Shown here in pieces: positions 58,101 to 64,000 of a DNA stretch of 64,000 nucleotides (positions are counted from its first letter, which is position 1; every line of letters starts with the position of its first letter). This DNA is from the human T2T-CHM13v2.0 reference genome, Homo sapiens: assembly GCF_009914755.1 (NCBI RefSeq), contig NC_060926.1, one strand, 5' to 3'. The notes beneath the pieces were generated by a model, which did no database searches, was not told the DNA's origin, and saw only the letters and a program-made list of their open reading frames with translations. The position numbers and the translations under genes were made by a program.

Positions 58101-61100
58101 GATTATTCTATTCGATTATTTTTGATGACGATTCCATTCTATTCCATTCAGTGATTACAGTTCATTACAGTTGATGATGATTCCTTTCGATTCCATTCGA
58201 TGATTCCATTTGATTCCAATCGATGATGATTCCATTCGAGTCCATTCGATGATTCCATTCGATTCCATTCAATGATGATTCCATTCGAGTCCATTCAATG
58301 GTGATTCCATTGGATTCCATTCGGTGATGCCATTCGATTCCGTTCGATGATTGCATTCGATTCCATTTGATGATTCCCTTCGATTCCATTCAAAGTTTAT
58401 TCCATTCAAGTCCGTTTGATAATTCCATTCGATTCCATTCTCCGATGATTCCACTTTAGTCCGTTCGATGATTCCATTCAATTCCAGTTGATGATGATTC
58501 CATTCGAGTCCATTCAATGATTTCATTGGATTCCATTTGATGTTGACTCCTTCCAGTTCCATTCCATGATGATTCCATTCGGTTCCATTAGATAGTGATT
58601 CCATTCAAGTCCATTCGATGATTCCATTCGATTCCATTCGATGATGATTCCATTCTGGTCTATTCGATGTTTCCTTTCGATTCCACTTGATGTTGATTCC
58701 ATTTGAGTCCATTTGATTATTCCCTTTGAATGCATTCCATGATTCCTTTCGATTCCATTTGATATTGCTTCCATTCGAGTCCATTCGATGATTCCATTTG
58801 ATTTCATTCAATGATGATTCGATTCAATTCCGTCCGATGATTCCATTTGATTCCCTTCGATGACAACTCCATTCGAGTCCATTCGATGATTCCTTTCGAG
58901 TCCATTTGATGATTCTATTTGGTTCCATTCGATGATGATTCCTTTGAATTCCATTCGTTGGTGATTCCATTCGATTCCATTCGATGATGATTCCATTCAA
59001 TTGCATTCAATGATGATTCCCTTCGATTCCATACGATGATGATTCCATTCGGTTTCATTCGATGATTCTATTCAATTCCTTTCTATGATTATTCAATTCT
59101 TTTCCATTTGATGATTCCATGTGATTCCATTTGATGATGATTCCATTCGTTTGCATTCGATGATGATTCCATTCAGGTCCATTCAAAGATTCCATTCGAT
59201 TCCATTCTATGAAGATTGCATTCGAGTTCATTTGATGATTCCGTTCGACTCCATTCGATGACGATTCCATTCGTTGATATTCAATGATTCCATTCGATTC
59301 CATTTGCTGATGATTCCATTCGACTCCATTCAATGATTCCATTCGATTCCTTTCAATGAGGATTCCATTCGAGTCCATTTGATGATTCTGTTCAATTCCA
59401 TTGGATGATGAATCCTCTCAAATCCATTTGATGATTCCATTCGAGTACATTCGATTATTCCATTTGATTTTATTCGATGATGATTCCATTCGATGCCATT
59501 CGATGATTCCATTCGATTCCATTCAATGGTGATTCCATTCGATGCCATTTGATGATTCCATTCAATCCTATTTGATGATGATTCCATTCGTGTCCATTCG
59601 ATGATTCCGTTCGTTTCCATTCGATGATGATTCCATTTCAATCCATTCGATGATTCCTATCGATTCCATTCGATGTTGATTCCATGGGATTCCATTCTAT
59701 GATTTCATTCGATTGCATTAGACAATGACTCCATTCGATTCCATTTGATGATTCCATTCGATTCTATTTGATGATGATTCCATTCGATTCCATTTGATGA
59801 TGATTGCATTCTATTCAATTCGATGATGATTCCATTCGGGTCCATTAGATGATTCCATACGATTCCATTCGATGATGATTCCATTCTATTCCATTCAATG
59901 GTGATTCCATTCGGGTCCATTATATGATTCCATTCGATTCCATTCGATGATGATTCCATTCGTGTCCATTCGATGATTCCATTCTTCTCCATTCGATGAT
60001 GATTACATTCAAGTCTATTCGATGATTCTATTAGAGTCCATTGAATGATTGCTCTTGATTCCATTCGATGCTGATTCCATTCCATTCCATTCCATTGCAT
60101 TCCATTCCATTCGATGATGATTCCATTCGATACCATTCTATGATTCCTTTAGATTCCATTTCATGCTGATTCCATTCAATTTCATTCAAAGATTCTATTC
60201 GAATCCATTCAATGATGATTCCATTCGATTCCATTTGATGATTCCATTTGATTTCATTAGATGATGATTCCATTTGATTCCATTTGGTGATTCCATTCAA
60301 TGATGGTTCCATTCGAGTCCATTCAATGGTTCCTTTCTACTCTATTTGATGATGATTCCATGCGAGGGCATTCATTGGTGATTCCTTTGGATACCATTCG
60401 ATGATTCCATGCGATTCCATTCGATGATTCCATTTGATTCCATTCAAAGATGATTCCATTGGATTCCATTTGATAATTCCATGTGATTCCCTTCGATCGT
60501 TCCAATGGATTCCATTTGATGATGATTCCATTTGTGTCCATTCGATGATTCCATTCAATTCCATCAGATGATGATTCCATTCGAGGGAATTCGATGTTTC
60601 CAATCAATTCCATTCAATGAAGCTTCCATTCGAGGCTGTCTGATGACTCTATTCATTTCCATTCTAAAATGATTCCCTTTGAGTCCTTTTGAAGATTTGA
60701 TTCGAGTCCTTTTGATGATCCCGTTCGATTCCATTCGATGATGATTCCGTTCGAGTCCATTTGACGCGTCCCTTCGAGTACATTTGATGATTCCATTCGA
60801 GTCCAACTGATGATTCCATTCAATTCCATTCTGTGATGTTTCCGTATGATTCCATTGGATTATGATTCCATGTGATTCCTTTCGATGAAGATTCCTTTTA
60901 ATTGCATTTGATTATGATTCATTTCCAGTTCATTCGACGATTCCACACGATTCCATTCGATGATGATTCCATTCGAGTGTATTTGATGATTCCTTTTGAT
61001 TCCATTAGAAGATGATTCCGTTTGATTCCGTTCATTGGTGATCCCATTCAATTCCATTCAATGATTCCATTCCATTCCATTCAACAGTGATCCATTGGAT

Positions 61101-62541
61101 TCCGTTTGATGATTCCTTCCGCTTGATTCCATTTGATGATGATTCCATTCGATTCCATTCGATGATGATTGCCTTCAATTCCATTCGATGATTCCATTTG
61201 ATTCCATTCGATGACGATTCGGTTTGATTCCATTTGATGATTCTATTCGAGTCCATTCGATGATTCCATTCGATTCCATTTGATGATGATTCCATTTGAG
61301 TCCATTCGATGATTCCTTTCGAGTCCATTCAATGATTCCATTCATTCGAGTCCATTTGATGATTCCATTTGATTCCATTTTATGATTATTCCATTCGTGT
61401 CCATTAGATGATTCCATTCGAGTCCATTCAATAATTCCATTCAATTCCTTTTGATGATTCCATTCGATTCTATTTGATGTTTCCATTCGAGTCCATTTGT
61501 TCATTCATTCGTGTCCATTTGATGACTCCATTCGATTATATTTGATTATGATCCCATTTTATGATGATTCCATTCGAATCCATTTGATGACTCCATTTGA
61601 TTCCATTCGATGATGTTTCCATTCGTGTCCATTCAATGTTTTTGTTCTATTCCATTCAATGAGGATTCCCTTCAAATCCATTTGATGATTGTATTCAAGT
61701 CCATTCAGTGATTGCTTTCGATTCCATTCGATATTGATTCCCTTTGATTCCATTCGATGAGGATTCCATTCGATGTCATTCTAGGATTCCATTCGATTCC
61801 ATTTGATGTTGATTGCATTTGATTCTATTTGATTATTCTATTCGATTATTTTTGATGACGATTCCATTCGATTTCATTCAGTGATTCCAGTTCATTTCAG
61901 TTGATCATGGTTCCTTTCAATTCCATTCGATGATTCCATTTGATTCCAATCGATGATGATTCCATTCGAGTCCATTCGATGATTCCATTCGATTCCATTC
62001 AATGATGATTCCATTTGTGTCCATTCAATGGTGATTCCATTGGATTCCATTCAGTGATGCCATTCGATTCCGTTCGATGACTGCATTCGATTCCATTTGA
62101 TGATACCCTTCGATTCCATTCAAAGTTTATTCCGTTCGAGTCCGTTTGATAATTCCATTCGATTCCATTCTCCGATGATTCCACTGGAGTCCGTTCGATG
62201 ATTCCATTCAATTCCAGTTGATGATGATTCCATTCGAGTCCATTCAATGATTTCATTGGATTCCATTTGATGATGACTCCTTCCGGTTCCATTCCATGAT
62301 GATTCCATTCGGTTCCATTAGATAGTGATTCCATTCAAGTCCATTCGATGATTCCATTCGATTCCATTCGATGATGATTCCATTCCGGACCATTCGATGA
62401 TTCCTTTCGATTCCACTTGATGTTGATTCCATTTGAGTCCATTTGATTATTCCCTTTGAATGCATTCCATGATTCCTTTCGATTCCATTTGATATTGCTT
62501 GCATTCGAGTCCATTCGATGATTAAATTTGATTTCATTCAA
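55140..62541 (-). repeat. Two tandem copies of a ~3.7-kb derived HOR (E-F-G-A-B; lacks C and most of D)
   Basis: Module-E ORF starts at 62541, 58811 and 55139 (periods 3730 and 3672). The same B-to-D/E junction GATTCCTATCGATTCCATTCGATGTTGATTCCATGGGA occurs at ~55980 and ~59652. Confidence 0.84.
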
Positions 62542-64000
62542 TGATGATTCGATTCAATTCCGTTCGATGATTCCATTTGATTCCATTCGATGACAGCTAC
62601 ATTCGAGTCCATTCGATGATTCCTCTCGAGTCCATTTGATGATTCCATTCGATTCCATTCGATGATGATTCCATTCGGTTTCATTCGATGATTCTATTCA
62701 ATTCCTTTCTATGATTATTCAATTCTTTTCCATTTGATGATTCCATGTGATTCCATTTGATGATGATTCCATTCGTTTGCATTCGATGATGATTCCATTC
62801 AGGTCTATTCAAAGATTCCATTCGATTCCATTCTATGATGATTGCATTCGAGTTCATTTGATGATTCCATTCGACTCCATTCGATGATGATTCCATTCGT
62901 TGCTATTGAATGATTCCATTCGATTCCATTTGCTGATGATTCCATTTGACTCCATTCAATGATTCCATTCGATTCCATTCAATGAGGATTCCATTCGAGT
63001 CCATTTGATGATTCTGTTGAATTCCATTGGATGATGATTCCTCTCAAATCCATTTTATGATTCCATTCGAGTACATTCGATTATTCCATTTGATTTTATT
63101 CGATGATGATTCCATTCGATGCCATTCGATGATTCCATTCGATTCCATTCAATGGTGATTCCATTCGATGCCATTCGATAATTCCATTCAATCCTATCTG
63201 ATGATGATTCCATTCGTGTCCATTCGATGATTCCGTTCGTTTCCATTCGATGATGATTCCATTTGAATCCATTCGATGGTTCCTATCGATTCCATTCGAT
63301 GACACCGTTTAATCCCATTCGATGTTTCCCTTCGATTGTATTTGATGATCATTCCATTCGATTCAATTTGGTTATTCCATTCCATGATGATTCCGTTCGA
63401 TTCTATTCAATGAGGATTCCATTCGATTCCATTTGATGATGATTCCATTTGATTCCATTTGACAATGATTCCATTTGAGTCCATCTGATGATTCCATTCG
63501 ATTCCATTTGATGATGATTCCACTCAAGCCCATTCGATTATTCCATTCGAGTCTATTCAATGATTCCATTAGATTCAATTCGATGATGATTCCATTCGAG
63601 TCCATTCGATGATTCCATTCGGTTCCATTCAATGATGATTCCTTTCAGGTCCATTAGATGATTCCATTAGATTCCATTTGATGATGACTCCATTAGAGTC
63701 CATTCCTTGATTCCATTCGATTCCATTCGATGATGATTCTATTCGAGTCCATTCGTTGATTCCATTCGATTCCATTCAATGATGATTCCATTCGAGTCCA
63801 ATCGATGATTACAGTCGATTCCATTCGATGATGATTCCCCTCGAGTCCATTCGATGATTCCACTCGAGTCCGTTCGATGATTTCCTTAGATTCCATTCAA
63901 TGATGATTCCACTCAATGCAATTCAATGACTAAATTCGATTCCATTCGATGTTGTTTCCATTCAAGTCCATTTGATGATTCTTTTCGATTCCATTCAATG

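Larger units (their letters stand above)
1..64000. repeat. Satellite II (HSat2/HSATII-like) tandem array filling the window
   Basis: Uninterrupted degenerate GAATG/CATTC pentamers grouped in 23-bp (GAATGGAATCGAATGGAATCATC) and 26-bp (one extra ATC) monomers, with frequent GGACTCGAATG and CATCGAATGGAATC. The TCGA- and ATCATC-rich pattern is typical of HSat2 rather than the purer (GGAAT)n of HSat3. Confidence 0.96.
48400..64000 (-). repeat. Young homogeneous HSat2 HOR domain, right arm, inverted relative to the left arm
   Basis: Reverse complements of the same landmarks: GACGCGTCCC near 53360, 57081 and 60763 (variant GACGTGTCCC at 49731), and GAGGCTGTCTG near 49600, 53229, 56950 and 60633. 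Confidence 0.88.

Noticed and set aside
59-63896. Hundreds of 60-200 aa ORFs (MESSSNGIEWNH...)
   Set aside because: They are translations of the 23/26-bp monomer in all three frames. They overlap, follow satellite orientation, and their stops differ between HOR copies.
1-64000. CRISPR array or other prokaryotic repeat system
   Set aside because: No constant repeat with unique spacers and no cas or other genes; the sequence is continuous degenerate satellite.
1-64000. HSat3, alpha satellite or telomeric repeat
   Set aside because: Pure GGAAT runs are at most ~8 units; no 171-bp monomer or TTAGGG tract was seen.

Overview
The whole 64 kb is primate pericentromeric satellite II (HSat2/HSATII-type), built from 23- and 26-bp monomers GAATGGAATCGAATGGAATCATC(ATC). 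I see no credible gene, RNA gene, transposon or unique sequence, and the listed ORFs are translations of the satellite. The interest is in the architecture, which has four layers around one strand switch: (1) 1-~17615, a homogeneous, apparently young higher-order repeat (HOR), GAATG strand on top; (2) ~17616-39804, diverged older HSat2, same orientation; (3) a clean inversion junction at 39802-39804 (3-bp ATG overlap, no insertion), then diverged older HSat2 in the opposite orientation to ~48400; (4) ~48400-64000, the same young HOR family, inverted. The young HOR can be reconstructed as a ~6425-bp unit of seven modules (called A-G here) that is complete only once (~8440-14860). All other copies are deletion derivatives or are cut by a window or domain edge, and some derivatives reuse the same breakpoints. 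One derivative (~3.7 kb) has been duplicated in tandem. Coordinates and spacings were read by eye from landmark k-mers and from matching ORF-track offsets. Species and chromosome cannot be assigned without a search.
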